Assembly (NCBI GenBank): GCA_965198175.1
Contig: OZ240245.1
Span: 64,001-128,000 of the forward strand
Source: Candidatus Poribacteria bacterium
GTDB taxonomy: Bacteria; Poribacteria; WGA-4E; PCPOR2b
Length of the DNA: 64,000 bases
Direction of reading: 5' to 3'
This document shows, in pieces, positions 17,422-27,760 of the stretch (positions are counted from its first letter, which is position 1; each line of letters starts with the position of its first letter). The notes beneath the pieces were generated by a model. The model was given only the letters and a program-made list of their open reading frames with translations. It searched no databases and was not told the origin of the DNA. Position numbers and translations under genes: made by a program.

Positions 17422-19827
17422 TTATTGGGTTAGTTTTACCAATGCCTCCGCCGCCCTAATTTTTAATTCAATGCTATCGTTGCCTCCGATAAAATCGATT
17501 AGAGCGGGGACGACACTCTTATCCCCCAAATTTTCCAACGCATTGACGACCTGGAACCATCGCAGGATGTCAATGTTATCGGTATCGTTGAGAGCATTAA
17601 TCCATCTGGGCACGAAACGCTTATCTCCCAAAGCTTTTTCGATGGTACGTCGCAAATTATAATTATAATCGTAATAATTGTTATCGTTGAAGGCGTCCAT
17701 CAAGTAGGTGACGCCACGCTCATCTCCTAATTTTGCCAGTGTACCGGCGGCGGACACTCGCACCCAGTCATCGCTATCGTTGAGAGCATTTATCAAGGCG
17801 GGGATGGCACGCTTGTCCCCCAACTCGCCCAACGCGAGGGCAGCTTCCTTTCGCACACTTGTATAGCTATCATTGAGAGCGTTTATCAAAGCGGGGATGG
17901 CACACTTATCCCCCAACTCGCCCAACGCGAGGGCAGCTTCCTTTCGCACTAAGCGATCGCTATCGTTGAGGGCGTTTATTAAGGCACGAACGGCACGCTT
18001 GTCCCCCAACACCCCCAGTGCGAAGACAGCTTGGCTTCGCACTAAGCGATCGCTATCGTTGAGGGCGACCATCAGGAAGGTGATGCCACGCTCATCGCCC
18101 AATTCTGCCAGCGCTTCGGCGACGGTCAATCGCGTTAAGGCATAGTTATCGCTATCATTGTAGGCATTTATCAAAGCGGTGATGGCACGCTTATCTCCCA
18201 ACATTCCCAGCGCACGGGCAGCATATTCTGACACTAAGTGATCGCTATCGTTGAGGGCATCTATTAAGCAAGGGACAGCGCTACTATCATCCAATTTTCC
18301 CAACGCGAGGGCAGTTTCCTTTCGCACTATGAAATTGCTATCGTTGAGGGCGTTTATTAAGGCGAGAACGGCTTGCTTGTCCCCCAACATCCCCAGCGCA
18401 CCGGCGACGGTCCATCGCACATTATCATCGCTATCGTCGAGGGCATTTATCAAAGCAGGGACAGCACGTTTATCTCCTAACTCACCCAACCGCTGAGCGG
18501 CGTTCATTTGCACATCGGGGTTGCTATCGTTGAGGGCATATATAAAGGCAGGAACAGAACGCAACCTGTTCAGCGCAGCAATAGCGCTCCATCGCACATT
18601 ATTATCGCTATCGTTGCGGGCGCCTATCAAGTAGGTGACGCCACGCTCATCTCCTAATTCTGCCAACGTTTCGGCGGCGTTCAATTGCAAGATGGCATCG
18701 TTATCGCTATCATTGAGTACATTTATCAAAGCGGGGATGCAACGCTTGTCTCCTAATTCTCCTAACGCCCGGGCGGCGTGCCGTCGCGCTAAAACATTGC
18801 TATGGTTGAGGGCGTTAATTAAGACAGGGACAGCACGATTATTCCCTAACGCTCTTAACACCTTAGCGAGGCGCTCTTGCACCCGCGCGTTATGGCTGCT
18901 ATGGTTGAGTGCATCCATCAAGTAGGTGACACCACGCTCATCTCCTAATTCTACTAGCGCTGTGGCGTCGTCCAATCGCAGCGGCGAGCCATCACTAACG
19001 TTGAGGGATTTAATCAGGACGGGGGCGCCGCTCTCATCTCCTAACTTTGCCAGCGCCCTGGCGGCGGACCTCTGCACTAAACTATCGCTATCGTTGAGGG
19101 TATGTATCAAAGCGGGGATGGCACGTTTATCTCCTAATTCTCCCAACGCGAGGGCAGCTTCATATCGCACTGAGAAATCGCTATCGTTGAGGGCATTTAT
19201 CAAGGCGGGAACAGCACGCTTGTTTCCTAACTTGCCTAACATACGGGCGGCGTTCATTCGCGTTAAAACATTGATATGGTTAACGGCGTTAATTATGACA
19301 AGAACAGCACGCTTGTCACCCAACCCTCCCAACATCCCAGCGGCGGACAATCGCACCGAAAAATCGCTATGGTTGAGGGCACCCCGCACGATTTCAAGTA
19401 GCAGCTCGGTGGAAATCGTTTCACTCAGCTTATAAAATCGATAATACGCCGTGAATGCGCCCTCGGTACGCCCATCAGCGGCAAGCACCCTCGCCATCAT
19501 GGCGCGCCCCGTGGGTTTCTCCGGGTAACGGTGAATAAAGTCATCAATCCATTTTTGGGATTTCTTACGGTTGTCCGCGTTGAGGGAGGCACACCCTGCG
19601 GTAATTACTCGCTCCAACATGGCATACCCAATGGGTTTCTCCGGATGCTCCTGAAGAAAACCATCAACCAATTTGAAGGCACGCTCACAGTCACCCACCT
19701 TTAGGAAGACATCTACTTTCCTTTCTAGCTCTGATTCTTCAGAACCGTAGCCTAGAGGCATCAGCCCGAGATAAGCCAAAGCAGCAATCGTAATAAGAAT
19801 TGTTATTGTCGTGGGAAATCGTTTCAT
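17422..19827 (-). CDS. Secreted HEAT-repeat (PBS lyase-like) protein
   Basis: N-terminal signal/TM and many ~31-aa LINALNDSDxxVRxxAAxALGxLGDKRAVPA repeats. Confidence 0.92.
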   Translation of the reverse strand: MKRFPTTITILITIAALAYLGLMPLGYGSEESELERKVDVFLKVGDCERAFKLVDGFLQEHPEKPIGYAMLERVITAGCASLNADNRKKSQKWIDDFIHRYPEKPTGRAMMARVLAADGRTEGAFTAYYRFYKLSETISTELLLEIVRGALNHSDFSVRLSAAGMLGGLGDKRAVLVIINAVNHINVLTRMNAARMLGKLGNKRAVPALINALNDSDFSVRYEAALALGELGDKRAIPALIHTLNDSDSLVQRSAARALAKLGDESGAPVLIKSLNVSDGSPLRLDDATALVELGDERGVTYLMDALNHSSHNARVQERLAKVLRALGNNRAVPVLINALNHSNVLARRHAARALGELGDKRCIPALINVLNDSDNDAILQLNAAETLAELGDERGVTYLIGARNDSDNNVRWSAIAALNRLRSVPAFIYALNDSNPDVQMNAAQRLGELGDKRAVPALINALDDSDDNVRWTVAGALGMLGDKQAVLALINALNDSNFIVRKETALALGKLDDSSAVPCLIDALNDSDHLVSEYAARALGMLGDKRAITALINAYNDSDNYALTRLTVAEALAELGDERGITFLMVALNDSDRLVRSQAVFALGVLGDKRAVRALINALNDSDRLVRKEAALALGELGDKCAIPALINALNDSYTSVRKEAALALGELGDKRAIPALINALNDSDDWVRVSAAGTLAKLGDERGVTYLMDAFNDNNYYDYNYNLRRTIEKALGDKRFVPRWINALNDTDNIDILRWFQVVNALENLGDKSVVPALIDFIGGNDSIELKIRAAEALVKLTQ

Positions 19828-19891
19828 TTCTTGAAGTGTGCCCCCTCTAGCTCCCCCACCTTAAGCGGGAGAACCTTTGTAAGCAATCAGG

Positions 19892-19925
19892 AGAAACCGA
19901 GTTTGTTTGAAAAAACTCGGTTTCT
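19892..19925. repeat. 34-bp 13-8-13 palindrome AGAAACCGAGTTT-GTTTGAAA-AAACTCGGTTTCT
   Basis: Direct repeat of 17380-17412; overlaps the stop codon of the transporter gene. Confidence 0.8.
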
Positions 19926-21402
19926 ATACACCGCCAAAGAGTTTTACCATTAAGCCCCAGCCGCTAATCCCTGCGAAGATGATTAGTACGCCTGCCGATA
20001 CGATTGCGCCAATCAACATTATTGGGTGTGTCCGGTAGGGGGCGGGAAGTTTGAAGTTCAGATACAGCGCGGCGAGCATCATGAGTGCGATCGAGAAGTT
20101 TGCAAGGATGAAGCCTGCGATTTGGGTGAGAATGTCGAACGGGATGTTTAGCCAGACGAGGACGATTGTGGCGACGAAGATGTAAGCGCAAACGGTGCGA
20201 CGGATTTTATGATAATCCCACTCGCGTCGGTGCCAAACCGCTTGAAAGAACTCCTGAATCACGCGGGCGTAGATTTCGGGCAGCGCTTGCAGCGTTCCCC
20301 AGAGTGCTACGATGATGCAGATATAGTAGACCCAGACCAGCGACGCATGAATGTTGCTCCAGACGTGGGCTTGATTCGTGAGGAGTCCCCACCCCTCAAA
20401 CTGGGTTTGGAGCGGATATAGTACGGCAGCGCCGGATAACATAAACGCGCCCGTCACAATGAAAAGCACGATTGCGCCGATGCCGGCATCCCACCGCAAC
20501 GGTGCAACTAGTTTTCGCAGCTGACTCACTTGCTCCGGCGTGTCCGGCAGGTAGTCAATTGTGTCGTGCGTGAAAGCGTGTTGGCGGATGGCATTAATCT
20601 TCTGGTGACCTGTCAATCCCCATCTGTGCATCCCAATCCAGTTTGCATAGACGATGTATCCCATCACGGAACCGCCTACGTATCCGAAGGTTGTTGCCAT
20701 TGTCAGCAGCGGATTCTTTACAGCGTCTTGCGGCGCCCATTCTGGAAACGGCGGGATGTGTCCGAAACCGATGCTTCCGATGACCGCTTCCGAAAAATTG
20801 GGACGCACGATGAGCGTGCCTATGAGCGTACCGGTGACGAGAATAAGGCAGATGATAATTTGCTGTTTTTCTAGCCTTTCAAACGAAAGCCGCAAGCCGA
20901 ATGCAAGCGCGAGTGTGATAAAGCAAGAGGTGAAAATGTTCTCCCAGATCGGTTCTGCGATAGACGATGCCAGCGAACTTTGCAGTAAGAAATGGAACAG
21001 ATCGCCACACGGTTTGGCAATGGGTACCCAAGCCAGCGGTGCGCCGAGCATTTCCATCGCCACGATTGCGAGCGGCAGCCAACCACGGGGGCCGGGCAAC
21101 CGAGCCAAACGGTGCCCGATGTATTCGCCGCTGATGGCTGTGTAGCGACCGAGCAGATAAGTGACGAACACGCCTTTGACAACGCAACTGAGCAGTACTA
21201 GCCACATCAGCCTGTAGCCCGCCCACGCTCCGGCGCGCACTACGACAATCGTCTCACCGGCCCCGATGCTGACCGACGCCACAATCGCGGCGGGGCCAAA
21301 AACGGCGAGCAGTCCGAACAGTTTCTTAATTGACCACGGTTCACCAAAAGCACCGCTGACCGGTGGGATATCCACCTTGCCTAGATCTCGGTCTTCATTC
21401 AA
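19924..21402 (-). CDS. Nramp-like (APC superfamily) transporter
   Basis: FGPAAIVASVSIGAGE TM1 motif, about 11 TM segments. Confidence 0.75.
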   Translation of the reverse strand: MNEDRDLGKVDIPPVSGAFGEPWSIKKLFGLLAVFGPAAIVASVSIGAGETIVVVRAGAWAGYRLMWLVLLSCVVKGVFVTYLLGRYTAISGEYIGHRLARLPGPRGWLPLAIVAMEMLGAPLAWVPIAKPCGDLFHFLLQSSLASSIAEPIWENIFTSCFITLALAFGLRLSFERLEKQQIIICLILVTGTLIGTLIVRPNFSEAVIGSIGFGHIPPFPEWAPQDAVKNPLLTMATTFGYVGGSVMGYIVYANWIGMHRWGLTGHQKINAIRQHAFTHDTIDYLPDTPEQVSQLRKLVAPLRWDAGIGAIVLFIVTGAFMLSGAAVLYPLQTQFEGWGLLTNQAHVWSNIHASLVWVYYICIIVALWGTLQALPEIYARVIQEFFQAVWHRREWDYHKIRRTVCAYIFVATIVLVWLNIPFDILTQIAGFILANFSIALMMLAALYLNFKLPAPYRTHPIMLIGAIVSAGVLIIFAGISGWGLMVKLFGGV

Positions 21403-21548
21403 TTGGACGCGCTCCTTTCTGTGTGCGGTGCGGTTAGTGGTCAGCGGCTAGCGCATTGTTTTTTGCTGACCACTATCGACTTGCCACTGGTCACCGATGT
21501 TTTTCAGCTAAATTAGGAGAACAGCCCATATCTGCTCATTTCATTTAG

Positions 21549-21583
21549 AAAAAAAGCCCCTACCACTTTGCGTGGAAGGGGCT
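21549..21583 (-). terminator. Rho-independent terminator of the tRNA operon
   Basis: AGCCCCTTCCAC-GCAAA-GTGGTAGGGGCT then T-run on the minus strand. Confidence 0.8.
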
Positions 21584-21593
21584 AGCACTTGAA

Positions 21594-21668
21594 CGTCCCC
21601 GACGGGATTTGAACCCGTGTCGCCAGCGTGAAAGGCTGGTGTCCTTGACCAGGCTAGACGACGGGGAC
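21594..21668 (-). tRNA. tRNA-Glu (TTC)
   Basis: GTCCCCGTCGTCTAGCCTGGTCAAGGACACCAGCCTTTCACGCTGGCGACACGGGTTCAAATCCCGTCGGGGACG; CCA not encoded. Confidence 0.95.
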
Positions 21669-21674
21669 GAAAGA

Positions 21675-21747
21675 TGGGCCGTACAGGGGTCGAACCTGTG
21701 ACCACCTGATTAAAAGTCAGATGCTCTACCAGCTGAGCTAACGGCCC
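21675..21747 (-). tRNA. tRNA-Lys (TTT)
   Basis: GGGCCGTTAGCTCAGCTGGTAGAGCATCTGACTTTTAATCAGGTGGTCACAGGTTCGACCCCTGTACGGCCCA. Confidence 0.95.
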
Positions 21748-21776
21748 CAAATTGATGGTATTGGAGCTAGCGATAA

Positions 21777-21806
21777 ATACTACCGAATTGCGACCCAAAA
21801 TGTCAA
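21777..21806 (-). promoter_or_regulatory. tRNA operon promoter
   Basis: TTGACA-18 bp-TAGTAT. Confidence 0.55.
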
Positions 21807-21852
21807 CGCTGAGTTTTGACATCGGTATGGGCACCCCTCAACCAGCAGGTTA

Positions 21853-23145
21853 CTACTCAGATGAGAGAAAATTTGCATCGCAGATAACCGTTTGCTCCCT
21901 CTCTTTACCAACGGAAGCCACAACAATAGGAACATCTAAAAATTCAGCGACGTAAGCGATATATCGCTTTGCATTCGTTGGCAGGTCTTCGTATCGGCGA
22001 ACATCTGTAGTTGGCTGTTTCCAGCCTGGCAGCGTCTCGTAGACCGGCTCACATTCTGCGAGGATACGCAAACTAGCCGGAAACGTCGATTCTACCTTAT
22101 CATAACGCCTATAGGCAACACATACTTGAATTTCATCAAGGCTATCTAAGACATCAAATTTCGTCAGAACGATGCCGGTAAACCCGTTGATTTGAGTTGC
22201 ATAGCGCAGCGCGACAAGATCGAGCCATCCACAACGACGAGGACGTTGTGTTGTTGCGCCATACTCTTCTCCGACACGGCGAATCTCCTCATCTAGGTCT
22301 GGCGGCATCTCTGTGGGGAATGGACCGCCCCCGACACGTGTCACGTAGGCTTTTGAAACACCCAAAACATGATCTATCGCCTCGGGAGGCACACCAAGCC
22401 CTGTACAAATCGCACCGACGGTAGTGTTGGACGAGGTGACATACGGATATGTTCCAAAATCGATATCAAGCATCGTCCCCTGCGCACCCTCGAAGAGCAC
22501 CCGCTTTCCAGCTTTCATCTCACGGTGCATAAATTCAGGGGTATCAATGACATACGGCGCAAGCTGTTTAGAATATTCGTAGTATTTCTCAAGCAAGGCA
22601 ACTCTATCAACCTCGCCGCCGATTTGACTGAGAACATAATCCTTCGCTTCAAGATTGAAGTCAAATTTCTTCTGGAATAGGTCGAACTCAATCAGGTCCG
22701 CGACCCGTATTCCTGAATGACGATTCATCTTATCGACGTATGTTGGCCCAATGCCTCGAGCGGTCGTCCCTATTTTTAACCCACTTCCTAAATCGTCCCA
22801 TGATTCCATAACCTTGTGATAAGGGAGGATTAAGTGGGCTCGAGAACTAATCTTCAGACGATCTCCAATCTCAATACCACGTGCACCCAGATGGTTGATT
22901 TCAGTGAAAAGCGTCTCCAGATTGATAACTACACCGTTGCCAATTACATTGACAGTATGGGGATGTAGAACGCCAGATGGAAGGAGATGAAGGATGTACT
23001 TCTCTTCCCCGATAACGATAGTATGTCCCGCGTTATCACCGCCCTGATATCTTGCAACAATATCGGCGCTTTCAGCGAGAAAATCGGTTGTCTTCCCTTT
23101 GCTTTCATCGCCCCATTGGGCACCCAATATAGCGATATTCGGCAT
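21853..23145 (-). CDS. purA: Adenylosuccinate synthetase
   Basis: GAQWGDESKGK, GGDNAGHT, FEGAQG, GTYPYVTSS, RPRRCGWLD. Confidence 0.97.
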   Translation of the reverse strand: MPNIAILGAQWGDESKGKTTDFLAESADIVARYQGGDNAGHTIVIGEEKYILHLLPSGVLHPHTVNVIGNGVVINLETLFTEINHLGARGIEIGDRLKISSRAHLILPYHKVMESWDDLGSGLKIGTTARGIGPTYVDKMNRHSGIRVADLIEFDLFQKKFDFNLEAKDYVLSQIGGEVDRVALLEKYYEYSKQLAPYVIDTPEFMHREMKAGKRVLFEGAQGTMLDIDFGTYPYVTSSNTTVGAICTGLGVPPEAIDHVLGVSKAYVTRVGGGPFPTEMPPDLDEEIRRVGEEYGATTQRPRRCGWLDLVALRYATQINGFTGIVLTKFDVLDSLDEIQVCVAYRRYDKVESTFPASLRILAECEPVYETLPGWKQPTTDVRRYEDLPTNAKRYIAYVAEFLDVPIVVASVGKEREQTVICDANFLSSE

Positions 23146-23186
23146 TATTTACATCCTCAAATAAGAATTCCACCAATGAGAAGGAT

Positions 23187-23582
23187 CTAGCGTTTGGAGA
23201 ATTGGAACCGAGCGCGGGCGCCTTTCTGTCCATATTTTTTGCGTTCAACCATTCGGGCATCCCGGGTGAGAAACCCTGCTTTTTTCAGGGTGGGCTTCAA
23301 AGATTCGTCCGCCTTAACGAGCGCGCGGGCGAGACCGTGCAGAATCGCTCCTGCCTGCCCCGAAATTCCGCCACCGTGTGCGTTGACGAACACATCGTAT
23401 CCGCTGTTATTTTCAATCACCCCGAACGGTTGTTTAGCAATCTGGACATGGTCGGCTCGATCGAAGTATTCCTCAATCGGTTTTCTGTTGACAACAAACT
23501 GTCCAGACCCACCAACGATCAATCTCACACGTGCGACGGAGGTCTTACGCCGCCCCGTTCCCCAATACTGTTCCACAGCCAT
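23187..23582 (-). CDS. rpsI: 30S ribosomal protein S9
   Basis: [38 protein letters not shown]. Confidence 0.98.
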   Translation of the reverse strand: MAVEQYWGTGRRKTSVARVRLIVGGSGQFVVNRKPIEEYFDRADHVQIAKQPFGVIENNSGYDVFVNAHGGGISGQAGAILHGLARALVKADESLKPTLKKAGFLTRDARMVERKKYGQKGARARFQFSKR

Positions 23583-23649
23583 TTTGTCTCCTCAATCTCA
23601 AGTCTGCAGCCTAGTCATCTGCTGCCAGTCTGTTACTAAATTCAAGCCG

Positions 23650-23681
23650 AAAAAAGCCCGTCTTTGGCTCCATAGACAGGC
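23650..23681 (-). terminator. Terminator-like hairpin between rplM and rpsI
   Basis: GCCTGTCT-ATGGAGCCAA-AGACGGGC then T6 on the minus strand. Confidence 0.55.
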
Positions 23682-23720
23682 GAATCGGAGATGTAGTGAA
23701 CATTTTGCCTTCGCTGAAGG

Positions 23721-24158
23721 CTAAAGTTCCAATACTTCGGGTTCCTGCGCCTGGTGCGGATGATTCGGACCGGCATAAACCTTTAACTTCTTCATCAATT
23801 TACGACCCAAGCGATTTTTCGGAAGCATTCCCTTCACAGCATGTCGTATGATTTCTTCAGGTTTTTTCTTCATCTGCTCGTTGAAGGTGGTGTATTTGTC
23901 CCCACTCGGGTAACCGCTATAACGGAAGTAGGTTTTCTGTTCCGCTTTCTTCCCCGTGACGATGACTTTTTCAGCGTTAACTACAGCGACGCGATAGCCC
24001 ATATCCGCATGCGGGGTAAAAGTCGGACGGTGCTTCCCCCGAAGAACGGTCGCAATTTGTGTCGCCAAACGCCCGAGTACCTTTCCATTCGCATCTACGA
24101 CATACCACTTGATTTCCCAATCCGATTCTTTAAAAACGTAAGATTTCATTGTAAGCAT
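23721..24158 (-). CDS. rplM: 50S ribosomal protein L13
   Basis: [43 protein letters not shown]. Confidence 0.98.
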   Translation of the reverse strand: MLTMKSYVFKESDWEIKWYVVDANGKVLGRLATQIATVLRGKHRPTFTPHADMGYRVAVVNAEKVIVTGKKAEQKTYFRYSGYPSGDKYTTFNEQMKKKPEEIIRHAVKGMLPKNRLGRKLMKKLKVYAGPNHPHQAQEPEVLEL

Positions 24159-24276
24159 AATTTGCCCCTGCGCTTAATCACAGAAATGTGTGCTCTGCTT
24201 CCGACGCGGCGCTTTGGCGCCATCTAGTGGTTGAGTCCTTTCGATGAAGCAAGATTGATTCTGAGCACAGCCTGAA

Positions 24277-24305
24277 ATAATATCATAACGGGATTGTTTT
24301 GTCAA
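24277..24305 (-). promoter_or_regulatory. rplM promoter
   Basis: TTGACA-17 bp-TATTAT with TG extension. Confidence 0.7.
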
Positions 24306-24380
24306 GATGAAAGAAGCCTAATCTCTTCCAAGAGTTTTAATGGGAACGTATCTTGAACGGTTTCGATCCTGATTTTTCAA

Positions 24381-24409
24381 TTGACACCAGTTTCAGTTTC
24401 TGCTAAATT
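24381..24409 (+). promoter_or_regulatory. Divergent promoter for 24549..25535
   Basis: TTGACA-17 bp-TAAATT with TG extension. Confidence 0.5.
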
Positions 24410-24548
24410 GCCAATTTGTAATGGTGCTGTACGAGTTGTTATATTTTGAAAATCACCGTGAAAACGCGCTTCGGCGTGTCTATTCGATTGTGTGCAGAGC
24501 CGTATATGCGCGCTTTTCATGTAGAATTCGTATTGGAAAGGACAGACA

Positions 24549-25535
24549 TTGAAACGAGTTGGCAAACCGGAAGGCAAGTTTAATATCGTCATTGAGGAGG
24601 TCCCCACGTCTGAACCTGGTCTGGGCGAAGTTCGTGTCAAAGCAATACGGAGTCTTATTAGCCGAGGATCGGAGATGGGCGGGCGTTACACTCAAGAGTC
24701 CGCGATTGACCCGGAACGTATGGGATATTCACTAGCGGGAGTTGTTGACGCTGTTGGTGCAGGAGTTGAACACTTCGCGGTTGGAGACCACGTCGTTGCT
24801 TCGGCGCCGCACGCTCAGTATGTCGTTCGACCGGCGCGTGTGAGTTCACCACAGGAGCATGCGCAAGTGGTTCGGATGTTACCGACAGTCAGTTTCGATC
24901 AGGCTCCCTACTACCCGCTGGCAGCGGGAGCGGTAGCGTGGGTGGACATTGAAAACATACAACCGAATGACACGGTTGTTATTCTGGGGCAGGGGCTGGT
25001 CGGTAGCCTTATCATGCAGGTCGCAAAAGCCGACGGCAATGGGCGTATTATTGCCATTGACGCATTGGACAACCGGTGTCGGTTAGCGGAAGAACTGGGC
25101 GCTGACGTGGTCATTAATGGGGCTGATGAAGATGCAGTTCGAGCTGTCCGGCGGCTAACCAATGGCATCGGCGCCGATATTGTCGTGTACGCTGTCGGCG
25201 GACCTGGGGGACCCGAGGCATTCAATCAGGGGTTAGAAATGCTCGCCGTTGGCGGCTTGTTGCACCTGATTGGACTGTATGAGGCTGCACCGCTGCCGCT
25301 GTGGAGCGGGAAAATTCAGGGACGGCAGATTCTCGGGGGTTACTACGGTCAAACGGTTGGGGCGGGGATATCTCGCCGTGCAATGGAACTGCTTGGCTCT
25401 GGAGTCATCCGGACAGAGGAGATGACAACTCACCGATTTCCATACACGCAAGCCACGGACGCATTCGATCTCCTCTACAACAGGATGAACGAAGCGATGG
25501 GGGTACTTCTCGATTGGGAGATGGGTGAAGGGTAA
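24549..25535 (+). CDS. MDR-family (Zn-binding/GroES-like) dehydrogenase
   Basis: SLISRGSE, GYSLAGVV, Rossmann GQGLVG, THRFP. Confidence 0.88.
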   Translation: MKRVGKPEGKFNIVIEEVPTSEPGLGEVRVKAIRSLISRGSEMGGRYTQESAIDPERMGYSLAGVVDAVGAGVEHFAVGDHVVASAPHAQYVVRPARVSSPQEHAQVVRMLPTVSFDQAPYYPLAAGAVAWVDIENIQPNDTVVILGQGLVGSLIMQVAKADGNGRIIAIDALDNRCRLAEELGADVVINGADEDAVRAVRRLTNGIGADIVVYAVGGPGGPEAFNQGLEMLAVGGLLHLIGLYEAAPLPLWSGKIQGRQILGGYYGQTVGAGISRRAMELLGSGVIRTEEMTTHRFPYTQATDAFDLLYNRMNEAMGVLLDWEMGEG

Positions 25536-25661
25536 AAGCTCAATTTTCGGGTTGACAGAGACTTGCCGATACGTAATAATAACTGTTGTCGTTGGTTAAC
25601 TTTGGAGCGTTTAGACCGTCAAGCAGTATTACAGGAGACTTCATAATTGAGGTGATCCACG

Positions 25662-26552
25662 ATGAAATACGATAAAATCAATAGAACCTTTGACTGCGAA
25701 CCTACCCTAACCGACACACAGATTCTGGATTTCTGCCGGGATGGGTACTTAATCCTAGAAGGTGTGATTGATGATGAAACTAATCAACTCACGTGCGCCT
25801 ATCTAAATGGAGAGCTACCGTCGAACCCAAGTTATATTCCCGATGGACTTACCCGTGAGGATTTAGAGAGAATCCGCAACTCCCATGAACCGAGTACGCT
25901 TTATCTAGAGGAATGGTTTATTGACAATGTGGTACACAATCCAGAAGTGACCGGTGTATTGCGGTCACTGTTGGGCAAGAATGTCGGGCTACCGGTTCTC
26001 GTGAGTCGGCATTCCACGGACTGTCCGTCCCCTGCACAAGGATGGCATCATGACGGTGGTTTTGTGAATGGGCCTAAAATAAACTTCATTGAGGTATTTT
26101 ACGTTCCGCAGGATACACTACCAGAAATGGGGCCTACTGAGGTTGTGCCAACATCACACCTGAATCCCCCTTATCCTGCGGAAGAGGCTAAGGGGGTTTC
26201 ATCTGGCGGACCCGCTGGAACCCTTGCCGTACATTCCCAGAGTATTCTACATCGAAAAAGCGACGCCACCGCAACGGGCGTGCGGCATATGCTGAAATAC
26301 GACTATTGGCGAACGGTACGCCCAGAAAGAGATTGGATTATTGAGCCGGACTTTGATTTACAGACAGCCCTTATCGATCGAACACCTCCTGACCTTACCA
26401 AATATGCAGGTGACATGTACAACTGGCTATGCGGTATAGGCGACGATTTTCTAATCACAGGCGGTCAATCGGGACCTGGAGTAAGCGTGAATCTAATTGG
26501 ACCGCCCTACGGTCCACATTATAAGGGGGAATCACAACCCGGTTCCATTTAG
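25662..26552 (+). CDS. Phytanoyl-CoA dioxygenase-like Fe(II)/2OG enzyme
   Basis: F.RDGYL, WHHD, MGPTEVVPTSH, ILHR. Confidence 0.85.
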   Translation: MKYDKINRTFDCEPTLTDTQILDFCRDGYLILEGVIDDETNQLTCAYLNGELPSNPSYIPDGLTREDLERIRNSHEPSTLYLEEWFIDNVVHNPEVTGVLRSLLGKNVGLPVLVSRHSTDCPSPAQGWHHDGGFVNGPKINFIEVFYVPQDTLPEMGPTEVVPTSHLNPPYPAEEAKGVSSGGPAGTLAVHSQSILHRKSDATATGVRHMLKYDYWRTVRPERDWIIEPDFDLQTALIDRTPPDLTKYAGDMYNWLCGIGDDFLITGGQSGPGVSVNLIGPPYGPHYKGESQPGSI

Positions 26553-26618
26553 CGGCGTTCGTCCATCGGTAGCGTTGAGGTTAATTTGTCGAACGCAGAC
26601 GCAGAAGGCATTAGCATC

Positions 26619-27503
26619 ATGAGATGGGCGCAACTCACCGTTACAACCTCTCAAGAAGCATCCGACGCTGTCGCTAATTACCTGTTCGAGTTGAATGCTA
26701 ACGGCATCGAACTCAAAGATGACTCCAACTCGTCTCACTCGGCGGTTAAGCTAATCTCCTACTTTCGCATGGATGATTTTGTTGGTGAGCACGTGCAGGC
26801 GGTACAGCGTTTTCTCGCACAGCTTCCTGAGTTCGGTATGAATCCACAGCCGGCGGAAGTTTGGCTGCGAGAGGTCGAAGAAGAAGATTGGTCAGTGAAA
26901 TGGCGGTCTGGGTTCCACCCTCGGCGAGTCGGGAAACGCCTCGTTATCGTGCCAACATGGCATGAAATGACGTACCAGGCATCTGAAATCTTGATTCGAT
27001 TGGATCCGGGAATGGCGTTTGGGACCGGGCATCATCCGACGACCCAAGTCTCCATGGAGTTGCTGGAGAAGGTTATCAGGAAGGGCGACACTGTCGCCGA
27101 CATTGGCACCGGATCCGGCATCTTAGCAATAACCGCTGCCAAGCTCGGCGCCATGCTGGTCAATGCCATAGAACTAGATGGGAAAGTGATGCCGATTGCA
27201 ACGGAAAATATCCAACGCAATGGCGCCGCACCCGTCGTTCATCTAAAGCAGGGCGACGGGCTCAAAGCGCTGTGTGGGACATATCACCTCATCATCTCCA
27301 ACATCCTGACAGAAGCGATTTTACGTATGATTCCCCAATACCCTCAATTCCTCAAAACAGGAGGAAAGGTCATATTGTCAGGAATTATGGCGAAAGAAGC
27401 AAATCAGGTCGAAAGTGAATTGCGAGCAAACGATTTTCACTGCATTGAGATTCGGGAACTAGATGATTGGACAGGCATATTCGCAAAGAAGCGCGGAGAG
27501 TAG
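26619..27503 (+). CDS. prmA: Ribosomal protein L11 methyltransferase
   Basis: EEDWS..W, LDPGMAFGTGHHPTT, DIGTGSGILAI, ILSGI. Confidence 0.95.
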   Translation: MRWAQLTVTTSQEASDAVANYLFELNANGIELKDDSNSSHSAVKLISYFRMDDFVGEHVQAVQRFLAQLPEFGMNPQPAEVWLREVEEEDWSVKWRSGFHPRRVGKRLVIVPTWHEMTYQASEILIRLDPGMAFGTGHHPTTQVSMELLEKVIRKGDTVADIGTGSGILAITAAKLGAMLVNAIELDGKVMPIATENIQRNGAAPVVHLKQGDGLKALCGTYHLIISNILTEAILRMIPQYPQFLKTGGKVILSGIMAKEANQVESELRANDFHCIEIRELDDWTGIFAKKRGE

Positions 27504-27760
27504 CGGGGGTTCTAAATGGACGGTTTAAGTCGCAGTTTTGGAAGCCATTAAGGTTCGGGGATGTAACTGTCTAGACGGATTAGGAGGCATAATTCATAAG
27601 ACTGAATATTTCACTTTTCGATCGACAAGACTCCCTAAGTTTTTTTAGGTTGGGTTGCGGTGATTTTTTTATGGCGAGTATCCGTTGAATCATGATATAA
27701 TTTTACTTTCGCGGTTCTTGCGGCACATGAAGAATAACAACCAATTCGGAGGTAAATTTT

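Noticed and set aside
21541..21834. 97-aa ORF
   Set aside because: It overlaps the two tRNA genes.
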